From the NCBI RefSeq assembly GCF_001194135.2, contig NC_068989.1, forward strand, positions 60,420,414-60,481,326: 60,913 nt of DNA, written 5' to 3'. The notes beneath the pieces were generated by a model. It worked only from the letters and a program-made list of their open reading frames with translations, searched no databases and had not been told where the DNA came from. Within the stretch, counting starts at the first letter, position 1. Each line of letters starts with the position of its first letter. Made by a program: the position numbers and the translations under genes. This DNA comes from Octopus bimaculoides (Eukaryota). Of the stretch, positions 37,350-49,109 are shown one piece after another.

Positions 37350-38215
37350 TAATGATAATGGTATCAAACTTTGGCAAAGGCTATTCAGTTCATAGTAGGT
37401 GATAAGCCGATTACATCACCGTCTGGGCTAAACCGGTACTTATTTTATCAACTGCAAAGGATGGAAAGAGAAGTCGATCTCGGCGGAATTTGAACTCAAA
37501 TAGGAAAAACAGACGAAATGACGCTAATCATTCCTACAACTAAAACTCCTTACCAATAATAATGATAACAATAATCATTTTAAAGCTTGGCACATAGTCT
37601 GTATTTCTTTGAGAGGTGGAGAAAATCGATTACTTCAACCCTGTACTTGACTGGTTCATATTTTATCTACCCCGAAAAGATGGAAAAAATTTCGACCTCA
37701 GCGGAATTTTAACTCAGAATGCAAGGAGTCAAAAAAATTCTGCTAAGCATTTTGTCCGACGCGTTACCAATTCTGCCTGCTCGACACCTGTATAAAAACA
37801 AGGGTTTCCGATTTTGGCACATGGCCAGCAAAATTAGGGGAGGAAGTAAGTCGATTACATGGACCCTGTTGATCAACTGGTGCTTATTTTATCAACCCCC
37901 AAGAATGAGAGTTACAGTTGACCTCGGTGGAATCTGAACTCAAAATGCTAAGACAAACGAAATGCTGCTAAATATGTTGGCCTGCGAGCTAACAATTTAG
38001 ACAGCTCGTCGATGTTACTATTACAATAATAATACTTTCTAGTATAGAAACAAAACCTCAAATTTTGTGGTGGAGGTAAGTCGATTACATGAACTCCAGT
38101 GTTCAACTGCTACTTATTTTTATCGAGGCCGAAGGATAAAAGGCAAAGTCGAGCGACGGGCAAAATACCACTAAGCTTTTCGCCCTAACGATTCTGCCAG
38201 CTCGCCACCCAAATA
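37350..38215 (-). mobile_element. Four head-to-tail SINE family A copies
   Basis: The GTCGATTAC...CTGGTACTTATTTTATC...CGGAATTTGAACTC unit recurs about every 220 bp, mostly separated by AAT-rich linkers. Confidence 0.85.
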
Positions 38216-38460
38216 ATAATATTAACAATAATATTTTCTTTACCAAACCCCAGACATGGAATGCTACAAAATTTCAAAGTATATTGACCATGGCCTAACA
38301 AAGATGTGAGGAGTGGAACAAATGACCCATGCAGAGGCGAGGGGGAAGGCAAGCGTGAAATAGGTTATACAATCTATAATGGAATGAAAATACAAATTTA
38401 GAGGAAAAAAATCATACACACACTCACCCATATATACGCTCACACACGCAAACACTCGCA

Positions 38461-38594
<134 letters not shown>

Positions 38595-39589
38595 ATAGAT
38601 AGGTAGATAAATAAATAGATAAATAGATACACATCGTTGCGCAGAGCACTCCACTTTCCTTAGTTCCTGTATTATTGAGAGTGGTAATTCCAGAACCTTC
38701 TGCGAGGAACTCTCGAATTTCTCTGCGCATGTGAAGACTCATCCCTTTTGTATATGTGACATGTCGTAATATGTGGACATTTTTTCAGTTTTTAAGCTGT
38801 TTGGAATATGATCCCATTCTATTGACAGTTCATACTTCATCTGGAAAATATTGAATTAATTCATATAAGCGTCTGCTAAAGAGTTGAAAATTTCATTTAG
38901 TTTAGGGAAGAAGTTGGTTTCTTTTCACTGGTGATAGGCTCCTCTTCATAAGAGACAGGCTGTTCCTCGACAGAGCGTCCTCTCTTCATGTGAAGTGTGT
39001 CTTTCTTCGTGGTATTTAGTGCCCTTTTCTACTTATTCTCTCGATGATTTCGAATTTTCGTAAGTGTCTATTCCTTCAGCATTCTCTTGGTTTTCATATA
39101 AATTAATGGCATGATACTTCTGTAAAGAAGTGCTCACTGAGTGTTTAGTCTTAGCTGTTGTTGTGCGTGACTCATTGTCTTCACCGGTTTTGTCTGTAAG
39201 GGATGTTCTTTGTGTCTTAGTTTCTGATAATGAGAACGAGATATGTTTTTGACGTTGCCATACTTGTACCTGGTGTGGCATTGAGATTATCATCTGCTAT
39301 AATCTGTAGTGACTTGTTTTGATTTTTAGATATTCTAGGTGGAAAACTCTTAAGTGGATTTTACTGGTACATCTATTGTAACTGATCGATTTAACTTCGA
39401 TAGTGAAGTTTACGTCTTCCAATCAATATCTAATATAGATCACAATTTTTGGTGGTGGTTAGTGGTGTTCAAGACCTGTATGTACGTAATGATCTTATCT
39501 GAATACATATCGCTGAAAGTTAAGCTATCTATTCATGATGTGCCATAATATTCATGACAGTGATATTTCTGTTTCGTCTTTCTAAATAT

Positions 39590-39765
39590 TGTGAAGGTCT
39601 TAGTGAGTAGATCTGCCTCAGGCAACATGACTTTGCGCTTTGTGGCAAAATGGCATAGCGATGCAATAAAAATCCCCCTCTTTCGATAAAGCAGATTTTA
39701 CTCAACTTATTTACCACAGCTTTTTTCAACTCTTCATCCGTCGGGAAAAATAAAAGCCCTAACAA
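39590..39765 (-). mobile_element. Mariner transposase C-terminal remnant
   Basis: FPTDEELKKAVVNKLSK...ERGGF...LPQSAKSC resembles F.TDEEVK.AV..WL...FY..GI..L..RW.KC. Confidence 0.45.
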
Positions 39766-42700
39766 AGCACAGGTGGTTTATCTCCTGTCTCTGGCGCAGC
39801 TATGCGAATAATTCTAGAGGTTGGCATCAAGGCCGCGGAACAAATGCCGCCAGGCTTTGTTTATATCAGTAAAATGATCTACATTTGGGATTTTTTCCAA
39901 AGAACATTTGAAAACGGTAATGACCTTTTACTCGCTATAATTCTATTTCATCAATATAAGACAGAATGTAAAATATCTTTTCGACCAGTAGCATTACTAT
40001 CTGACACTTGCTTTGCTCAATGCATTTTGTCTCTTATGAACAAATAGAGTTTGTAATTTGTGCTTGTTGTAATTATATGAAGTATACTAATAACATTAAA
40101 AATAACAAATCATTGACCAATTAGAATTGCAGTGTCCAAATTGATACTATATTATGCATCATCAGCTCATATAAATCTAATAATTGGCATAACTTCTAAT
40201 GCACCAAAAAGTAAGGTGCAGTCCGGGTTTCTCAAGTTATAACATGTATACATGCAATATAGATTTTCTCGAAATTGATGTCAGTACTCCATATATGCAT
40301 ACTAATAGGTCTAACATTTTCGACATCGACGTGTAGTCCAACAGCTAGTATAGTTTCCCAAACTAACGTGATCAAAAACCAGCGAGATTTCTAGGCGCTA
40401 CTCTGACCTTTAGTCAAAAACAGTTGCAGATATGACTTAGCAAAAATTGCATTGGTAAGGAAAGTTAATGTATGCATCTCAGTACAGGAATATACTTTCA
40501 GGAAAGAATTCTGTCAGTAGAAACCATCATTTTCTATCATATTTTCAATAGATAACATATTTTCTATTAATGCTAACAGTCTGCGTTTCATCAGCAGATT
40601 TATTTCCTTACATATTTGCAATAGAGTCTCATGGTTATGTAATTTTTTCATGTTTGAAATTCCCTGTCATATGCAACATTATTCATTATCTGCAAATCTC
40701 CTTAATTATATAATTTATCTGAATTTCATTTTCTTATAGAGATATACATTACAATTATTACTCGTTAATATTTAAAATTGTAAAAATTTCAGAACTCAAC
40801 TCGATCATCTAATTCTTTTATATCTAACGTTAATATAATTATATACAGATGAAACCTGTTTACTGGAGAAATATGTTTCAATATGTGTTTCATGATAAAA
40901 AAAACACTAATAAAATATACGTGCGATATAATCAATAATGCATCTAATGATTAGCATTTTGTAGTGAGAATTTACCAATGATTCCGTGATATAATCTATA
41001 TCTTGACAAAAAACATTGTAGTTTTTCTGGAGTAATTTGCATGTGTTTTATTGTAATACTTATATGGTTGATGTCTATATAATTTGATTAGTAATAGATT
41101 CTTGCGATCATAGTGTGAACTACAGCAATTGAATTTGCATGAAATGTTTTATATTACAGGGGTTCTTTAAATACACCGTGTAGCTTGAAGTAATGATCAC
41201 CAAATCTCTTCTCTACATGGAAAATAATATCAAAGCAACAGGATAGATTTTACATTCAAATCATGCTACCATTGCCTATATTTTTGTAACTCTATGGACA
41301 TGAGTTACATAAAACAAGAACAATATAGTATAAGGTGTGTGAGTGTTTCATGGGGCAACTCTTGTTCCGAGTCAAATGATATCCATAGTATTTAAACGAC
41401 TACCATGGAGAATGTAGAACAGAGTTAAAAGCGGATTGCGCTAAATATAAAACAGTTTCGTATTTTTTGCTGCCTTCATTCACTCAGAGAAAGTTTTATT
41501 CAAACGAATAAAACCCACTTAATTAAAGCTGGTGTTGTAACTAATCTAGAGGCATTATTATGCTCAATACGTTAGCTAGAAAAAATAGGAATAGCATCTA
41601 AACCCCCCTTACGATTACATTCTGCTGCCTAATATAAATGTCATACGGGACAATATAGTTTCTGATATAGAAGTAGACTGGACGGCCATTATTGGTATGC
41701 CTTAGATCATAGACATGCAAAAATGCAGATAATTATAATTTAGTTGATTAAAAGGTTATGATATTCGTGTTGTTTCCTTAGATTAGCGGGAAAAAGACGA
41801 ACGTTACTTCAATCCGTGACTGAAATCACGTGGTCTCTACCTGCCAAGAATTTAGCTATTTCTTGTAAGACACCCACAAATAGTAAACATTGAATCAGAA
41901 ACAGGATCCTGTAAATGATCAATAGATCTGCTAAACAGAATAATCAATTCTGACTTTAAAAAAACACTACTGTTTTAAACAATGAAGAATCATTAGCTAA
42001 TATAATCTTAGTTGAAATATATCTGAAAATAGGAAGGTAAGTTATCGTTGTGATGGTGTTAAGCATAGTCCAGCTGTATCAATGCTGAGATATGGCTTAA
42101 CAACAGTAACAACAATAACATCGACGAAGATACAACAATTGTTGGCTTTATAAAATTTATCTAGTTCTTTATTGTCCCAGCCAACTCCGCCGCTTTTTGC
42201 AAGAAAATAAATATTAGAATTAGGTTGTTCTAGTCTTGCCACAAATTTAAAATCTGCTGCAAGACGATATGATTATCTCTGAAAGAAAAATCAAATGCGG
42301 ATTTATGTGGAGAGAAGACGCAAGTGAGAAAAGTGAAATCGATTAATAAACTTCAAAGTAAATTTAATATATCTTAATCCTACTAATCACAACTATATAA
42401 AGACTTGAAAAGTGATGTATTGTCTAATACGAATAAATACTTAGTGATGAGTTTCCTAGATTAATAGATGAATGTAAATGATGCGTATATAGTATCAATG
42501 GAGTTACTTGTTAAGAATATACTTTGTTTCAAAAGGATGACGTCAAGCGACATTTAATTACAAAATAAAGCCTTATACTCAACATAGAGTTTGATAATAT
42601 ATGTAACTGAACCATTTATATTTGGAAGTATATAGGGCATAGCAGGGGGAAAGGCATCACCAAAAGTGTTATCACAAAGGTGCTCAAGTGAACGAGCTAT

Positions 42701-43110
42701 TTCAAAATGTGTACAGGCATGATAGTTTTCCCATACGGTAGTCTTTCATGTCTCTGAAATTCACCTTAAGTAGTAGTATGAACAATGAATATACACATGC
42801 CCTGTATCACTTTCATATTACTTATCTATTTGATGTACAGTTTTAAACACAAAAAAAACATTTAAAATTATTTGGAAACACAAATCTTAGTGTGGTTATT
42901 TTTCGGTCTTACAGACTAGGTAACAACGAGAACAACTAAAAAGGATAGGACCACAGGCTGCACTAAATGATGTTAGCTGCGTACGAGTTAGAAACATTCC
43001 TATTGGTCAAAATGAGCCACAGGCTCATATAGTAGGCCAATAGTATCACTGCTGGAAAACTAATGTTATATAGTAAGTGAGGAATCACCATTGGTCAAAA
43101 GTGTGTTTAT

Positions 43111-43345
43111 ATCACCCTCTGTGTTCCCTATCTAAATTACCTTCTGTGCTCCCTATCTATATTACCTTCTGTGTTCCCTATCTTTGCTCCCAGATACAGG
43201 AAGACCTCAACCAACTCTAGTGGCTTCCCGCCTACATTCATAATCTTTTCCGACTTCTTAATGTTCTCTACAAGATACTTCATCTTAATCTCATTCATTT
43301 TCAGCCCCACAGTCATCGGCACAGTCTGCACCTCCTGCATCAATG
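43111..43345 (-). mobile_element. RTE-like LINE RT fragment ending in a 25-bp triplication
   Basis: VGLKMNEIKMKYLV...GKPLELVEVFLYLGAKIG (late RT motifs). Unit ATTACCTTCTGTGTTCCCTATCTA(A/T) x3 at 43111-43183. Confidence 0.7.
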
Positions 43346-43848
43346 ACGAAAACAAACACGATAAAATAAAATAAATGTAATAATACATATATAAGAAAAA
43401 AAAGCCTTGCAGCTGCTAGATAGACCAATAAGGGTAACGCAAAGGAAAATGAAAATGTCCTGTAGGACTAGAGACGAGAGAGTGGCAAATAGTAAGTCAC
43501 ACAAATGCATATGTTTTAAATACCCAACATGATATATTCATAAGTTATCAGGATTATTTTTGTGCAGGAATAAAATTTAACCAAACAGTCATCCTTATAA
43601 TACTGACATCAATATTGATTTTACCTAATTCCAGGAAAGAATAAAGCGTTTGAGACCTATTTGGAAGTATTCAGACTTTCATTTCCAAGCACTTTGTATT
43701 GAATTTACATCTGAAATTAGTAAAGAACAGAACTAATTGGTCGTATATATTGTAAATTCTCCACTTTCTCAATTGCATTTCCTGTAATACATTTGATTTC
43801 ATGGTGTACCGTGTACGCGCGCGCACACACACGTATATGCATACATAT

Positions 43849-43885
<37 letters not shown>
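43849..43885. repeat. (AAT)n microsatellite
   Basis: Direct inspection. Confidence 0.95.
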
Positions 43886-45721
43886 TATATCTACACACAC
43901 ACGCAACATAACGTAATGTGCGTTGCTTAAACGCCAGGAGCAGTGGATTTTTGACTGGGAAAAATCCTGTCAAAGACGCATATTAAAACTCCACTATACA
44001 CTTCCTAGTTGGGCGAAACAAAATCGCCTCAGAAGGGATGGGATCACGAGAGCGAAAAATACGAAATTTCCCGGTCAAATTTCCATGTTCCGTAGTCATG
44101 AATATATGGTGAGGAACTATCTAACTACTATAGGTATTACACTACAACGTTCTTCGTTGTATTCAATGCATCTTACGCTACATTTACAGAGAATATGAAC
44201 ATATGATAATGAATAACCTATTCTTTTTTTTACTCGGAGATGTTAGTTATTTGGATGTTTACAGTCTCTATTCTAAATGGTATTCATGCCACGCATTTTA
44301 TGAAATTGTATAATCGATACTGGACAGCAATTTGTTTACCAAAAGACGAAAATTGTATTGTATATTTTTAGTTTTCCAAATGAACTCACATCCAATGCGA
44401 AAAGTTAAGGAGACGGTGTTGCAACCCTAGGGAACTAGCAGAATGGTTAGAGTTGGAATAATGATTTGCGGTATTTCTTCCGACTCAACGCTCTCTGCTC
44501 AAAATCCCGCCAAAATGCACACTATCTTACAACTTTTCAGACTCTATGAAATATGGCATCAATCATCCATTATTTTTAGAAATTGAAGGTCACTATATTT
44601 TTTAAACTTACATTAAATGCTTAAATAATATACTGCACCGCTGATGATACATATCTACAACTAGACTTTTGCGGGTGTCAACTCCAGACAGAGCGCCGTC
44701 TCACAGATAAAATTGCCAATCTTTATGATGGTATGCGGCACCTTATTTTCTTCAACGTTATTAGATTCCATGTCCAAGAGTGGGGATCTTGAACATTCTT
44801 TCTTCATCTACGTAAACATGACGTTGTTCTAGCAGAATCTCCCCACTATATATAACAGTATTCTCGTCAATTCTGTCAAACCTCTTCAAGGTGAACTCGA
44901 TGTGATAATATGTAGCAAATATTCTGATGTAAAGTCTACCTCTGTTAGTTTTCAAAGCAATCTCACTTTTTACATATTACTCATACCGCTAAGAGAGGTG
45001 TGTAACACCGCACTATACATTCAACAGCCTGTGGCGATAGAGACTAATATTTATATTTATGATAACGCTTATAATCTTAAGAAGACTTATGACAGAATGA
45101 TAATCTCATACTCACTTGCCAATCTTTTAATGCTAACCTAACTTAAAATATATTGTAATACTTTCTAAGTAGTATACATATGTTCAAACGCTAAAGATTT
45201 GATATGGCTCACAAAATATTATGTACAAAATATAACTTACATATATTTTATCAGTAGTTCTTTCTTCATGTAATATGACAAATTCAATCCCACAATAGGC
45301 TAAATTGTCTGTACTAACAGGTGAGTTATATGATGTATTTGTTTTAACAGTATTGTATTTGGTATTGAAAAATCAATACACTTCTCAATTACTTTTTCAT
45401 AGTAAATGGATATAGTCCCATTGTGATTTCAGCAATTTCAGATTTCGGTGACAGAGCCAAAAATTACCAATATATACAGCATTGTTCCTATATGTAACTT
45501 GTTCACTGACCACTTGGTGAGTGTTAGCAGGGGTAAACACTTGAAGGCGGGCTGTGCAATTCATCTAAAATCTCAATATATTAACCATGAGCTGTCTAAT
45601 TGTATACGACCGAATAAACATATATGATTTACTAAACCACCGATTAAATCAGGTATATTATTATAGAAATACAGTAATGCTAGAGTATTGTATCCAATGT
45701 TTTTTGTGTACACTTTTTCTG

Positions 45722-45722
45722 G

Positions 45723-45775
<53 letters not shown>
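45722..45775. repeat. (TATC)n microsatellite
   Basis: Direct inspection. Confidence 0.96.
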
Positions 45776-47276
45776 GTCTAGAGAAAAAAAAATTAGTGTT
45801 TGAATGTGAGAAAATTAGAAAGAGACTGGTGTAAAGACAGAACTAAATGTAACATTAAATTCAACAGATGCTGCGCCTAATAAAATGAAACTCTACGGAA
45901 GGTAATTTAGATAACCTAACAGCATCATGGCTATAAAATAGATGAACATCTTTTTAAAGAAATGCATGTAATAGAATGTAACATACATTACACCCGATCA
46001 CATGCTAACATTAAGAGTTTATTATTATTATTGCTCACGAATATGAAAAATAAAATCGCTTGAACAATAAACCACAAACACGAAGTTGGCGTATAAATAT
46101 GACTAACAAAATGTACAAATTTCTATCTAAGCATGAATGCTGTAGCCTTTATGGCACTAGCTGTTACATTAGTTATGTAATTACAACACCATTTTGTCGA
46201 CTCTAGAAGTATTTATAACAAGGAAGCTTCGCAAAGCATTACATTCGAACTTTCGATAGAGAAAAATTAGTTTTTCCATTTTCATATGGGACTCCCGCCA
46301 ATAGTAGAAGCCTACTCAATGGCAGCTGTATTAATAGAACATCACTATACAAGAATTAACATGCACACAGTGCACATTAATAAAAGATTACAATTATTAA
46401 GATTACTAGACGACGGGGAGCATATACTTGCACATCTGAACTGCGAGATATATCAGCTAAATTTATTTATGATACATACTCTAATATCTTTAGAGTTAGA
46501 GTAGATACTGTAGGCCAAGATGCATTATGCATAAAAAATAAGATAGGATGGTCATGTGTGTGATCATAATTTTGTTTTAATAGAACTGATTCGGGGTTAA
46601 ATATTGATAATAACAACAACAGAGACCAAAGTGGGTGCCGATGCGGTCGTTTGACCTACCATAAATAGAAAACAAATATGTCAGAACCGTATGAATTATT
46701 TATTGGCGACTGTAGTCATGGATATGAAAAGAGATAGGATGATGACTACACTTCAAGAGCTACCAAATGAAAAAGTCTTTGTTAAGAACACTTGCAAGTA
46801 ATGGCTTTACTAACCTGAGAGAGGTCAGCCACCACTATCCGGAGGCAGAAAACAATATATTTTTGGTGAGGCATTATTGTTTGATTACAATGCTTTTTTT
46901 TTAATAAGTGTCACTTCCAAAATGTCTACCAGAGTAAAAGCAAAATATTAGACAACAGACGAAAAGCAACACAAAACAACTCGCAGCACAATATGCAAAA
47001 GTAGGAAATAATCAAGAATTAAGAGGATAAAAAGAGTCAAACAAGTTTTAAAGATGTCAATAACAACAAAACAACGCTCATGCAGAGACAAGGGCGTTAT
47101 ACAATGCATACTATATTAGAAGAGCAAAATCTATCTACCTCGTGACACCAACATAATTTTTATAAAATACATATAAGCACTGGGGTCGATGTAATCGACT
47201 AGCGTCCTTCTTCAAAAGTTAAGCCCCTGTGCCTATATTAGAAAGGATTATTATTGTTGTTGTTAGGATAAACAAA

Positions 47277-47490
47277 TATAGGGTGGGCCAAAATCATGCA
47301 CCAAACTATATGACATTTCATTTATATTATGATAATATCGTTGCTATCCATTTTGTTCATCATGAACTAGTACATGTTTATTCATCATCATTTTATTTCT
47401 TTTATTCAATTTTACAAAACTTGAAGCATGTCTTTGATTATTCCGGAGCGTTTCAACTTATTTTGTGAGAGACGGTTGACCCACCCTATA
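47277..47490. mobile_element. Tc1/mariner-type MITE (~214 bp)
   Basis: Terminal inverted repeats TATAGGGTGGG(C/T)CAA, TA at both ends, AT-rich noncoding interior. Confidence 0.8.
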
Positions 47491-47814
47491 TAAGTAAAAG
47501 ACACATTAATGTTTGAAGGAGGAATTTCAACCATGTTTCGTGGTCTGCTACCACAACAGCTCCTTTATAGGATCCAGTTAGCTCAAGACATCATCAGGAG
47601 GAACCACGTCCGGTTTCGGCCCCTACTCCTCTACCGTTTTGACGTGGCGGGGCCCCTCCTTTCGGAGGTGTCTTCAGCTCTGGTGTTGGGTGCATGTCTC
47701 CTTTCACTGTTTGTGACTGTTCTAATTCAACTGTGGAATGTCCCTCGCTATGGTTATTTTCCAGGAGGTTCTGGCCACACGTCTTACGGTTCATCAACCC
47801 GCGTTGTTGAATTA

Positions 47815-48003
47815 NNNNNNNNNNNNNNNNNNNNNNNNNNNNNNNNNNNNNNNNNNNNNNNNNNNNNNNNNNNNNNNNNNNNNNNNNNNNNNNNNNNNNN
47901 NNNNNNNNNNNNNNNNNNNNNNNNNNNNNNNNNNNNNNNNNNNNNNNNNNNNNNNNNNNNNNNNNNNNNNNNNNNNNNNNNNNNNNNNNNNNNNNNNNNN
48001 NNN
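47815..48003. other. Assembly gap (N run)
   Basis: Ns. Confidence 1.
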
Positions 48004-48047
48004 CAGCGTCCGACTGATCGTCATGTCAAGTTCCCCTTTTTATATCT

Positions 48048-48221
48048 GCTGCTAGGCTCCAGCAGGCAGCCCCAGCTAGTTGTCACGTGACACTGTCTAA
48101 ATTTCCCGCTGCTAGGGTCCAGTAGGCAGCACCAGCAAGTTGTCACATGACACTGTCTAAACCTCCCGCTGCTAGGCTCCAGCAAGTAGCCCCAACAAGT
48201 TGTCACATGACACTGTCTGAA
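48048..48221. repeat. 60-bp minisatellite x3 in the putative 3' UTR of the HERO-like element
   Basis: Exact 60-bp period. Each unit contains TGTCAC(G/A)TGACA. Confidence 0.92.
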
Positions 48222-48269
48222 CATTAACTGACAATGGAGGGCGCCCAGCCACTTCAGTGTCAGCCTGTC

Positions 48270-49109
48270 TCACCTAGACATGTTATGACTTTCAAGCCAT
48301 ATTCGGTCTTCCCGCTTCAGCCATATATAGAAGCTGGCTTTTTCGACTGCCTCCTGTATCCTCCTTATCAGTTTTCTCAGTTCCGAGTTTGAAAACGCAA
48401 ATCTTCTCTTGAATAGCGTTGTCATTTTTCTTTCAATGAAGCCTCTATCCCCCACTGCCAGATGGTAGTACTCAACAGTCCATTCCTGTTTTCTGCACTC
48501 TTCGATTAGTTTTTCATATCTCTTCTCCTTTCGCTTCTCTGCATTGTCGATGTTTTCTTCCCATGGTACTGTCAGTTCTAGCAAGATTCCTATTCTCTGT
48601 TCTGTGTTCCATATGACTAAGTCTGGTCTTTTTGTTGTTTTTATAAGTGGAAAAATTGCTAGACTTCCCAAATCCGTGGCCAGCTCCCAGTATCCCTTCC
48701 ATCTTTCGCCTATCTCATATATTTTATTTGGAGGCCTGATCTTATGTCCTTTCTCCTCTTTCTGGAAGTATATTTTCCTGCGCTTTTCCACTTTGGGGTA
48801 CTCTCCTCTGTTGTATCCCTCGATCTTCTCCTTGAGTGCTGCACTTATGACGCCAAGGACTTGATTATGGCGCCATGTATACCTTTCCAGTGCTAGTCTG
48901 CAGCTTGACAGAACGTGTCTCACCGTCGCTTTCTCTCCGCATCCACATTCATCGGTTGTTTTTATGTTCCATCGAACTAATTTCGCCGGTGAGGGTAGAA
49001 CGTCGAAGGTAGACTTGATCAGGAAGGCTGTTCTTGCTTGTTCCCAAGCCCAAAGTTCCTTCCATGAGATTCTGCGACTGACCACGTTTTCCTCCCATCT
49101 CAGGCACTG
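48270..49109 (-). mobile_element. HERO-like RLE non-LTR retrotransposon, 5'-truncated, with an intact zinc knuckle and restriction-like endonuclease ORF (48270-49085)
   Basis: 271 aa without stops: ISWKELW, CGCGEKATVRHVLSSC, RYTWRHNQVL, KRPDLVIW, LLELTVPWEENI...RKEKRY. The frame extends upstream as CLRWEEN. Confidence 0.88.
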
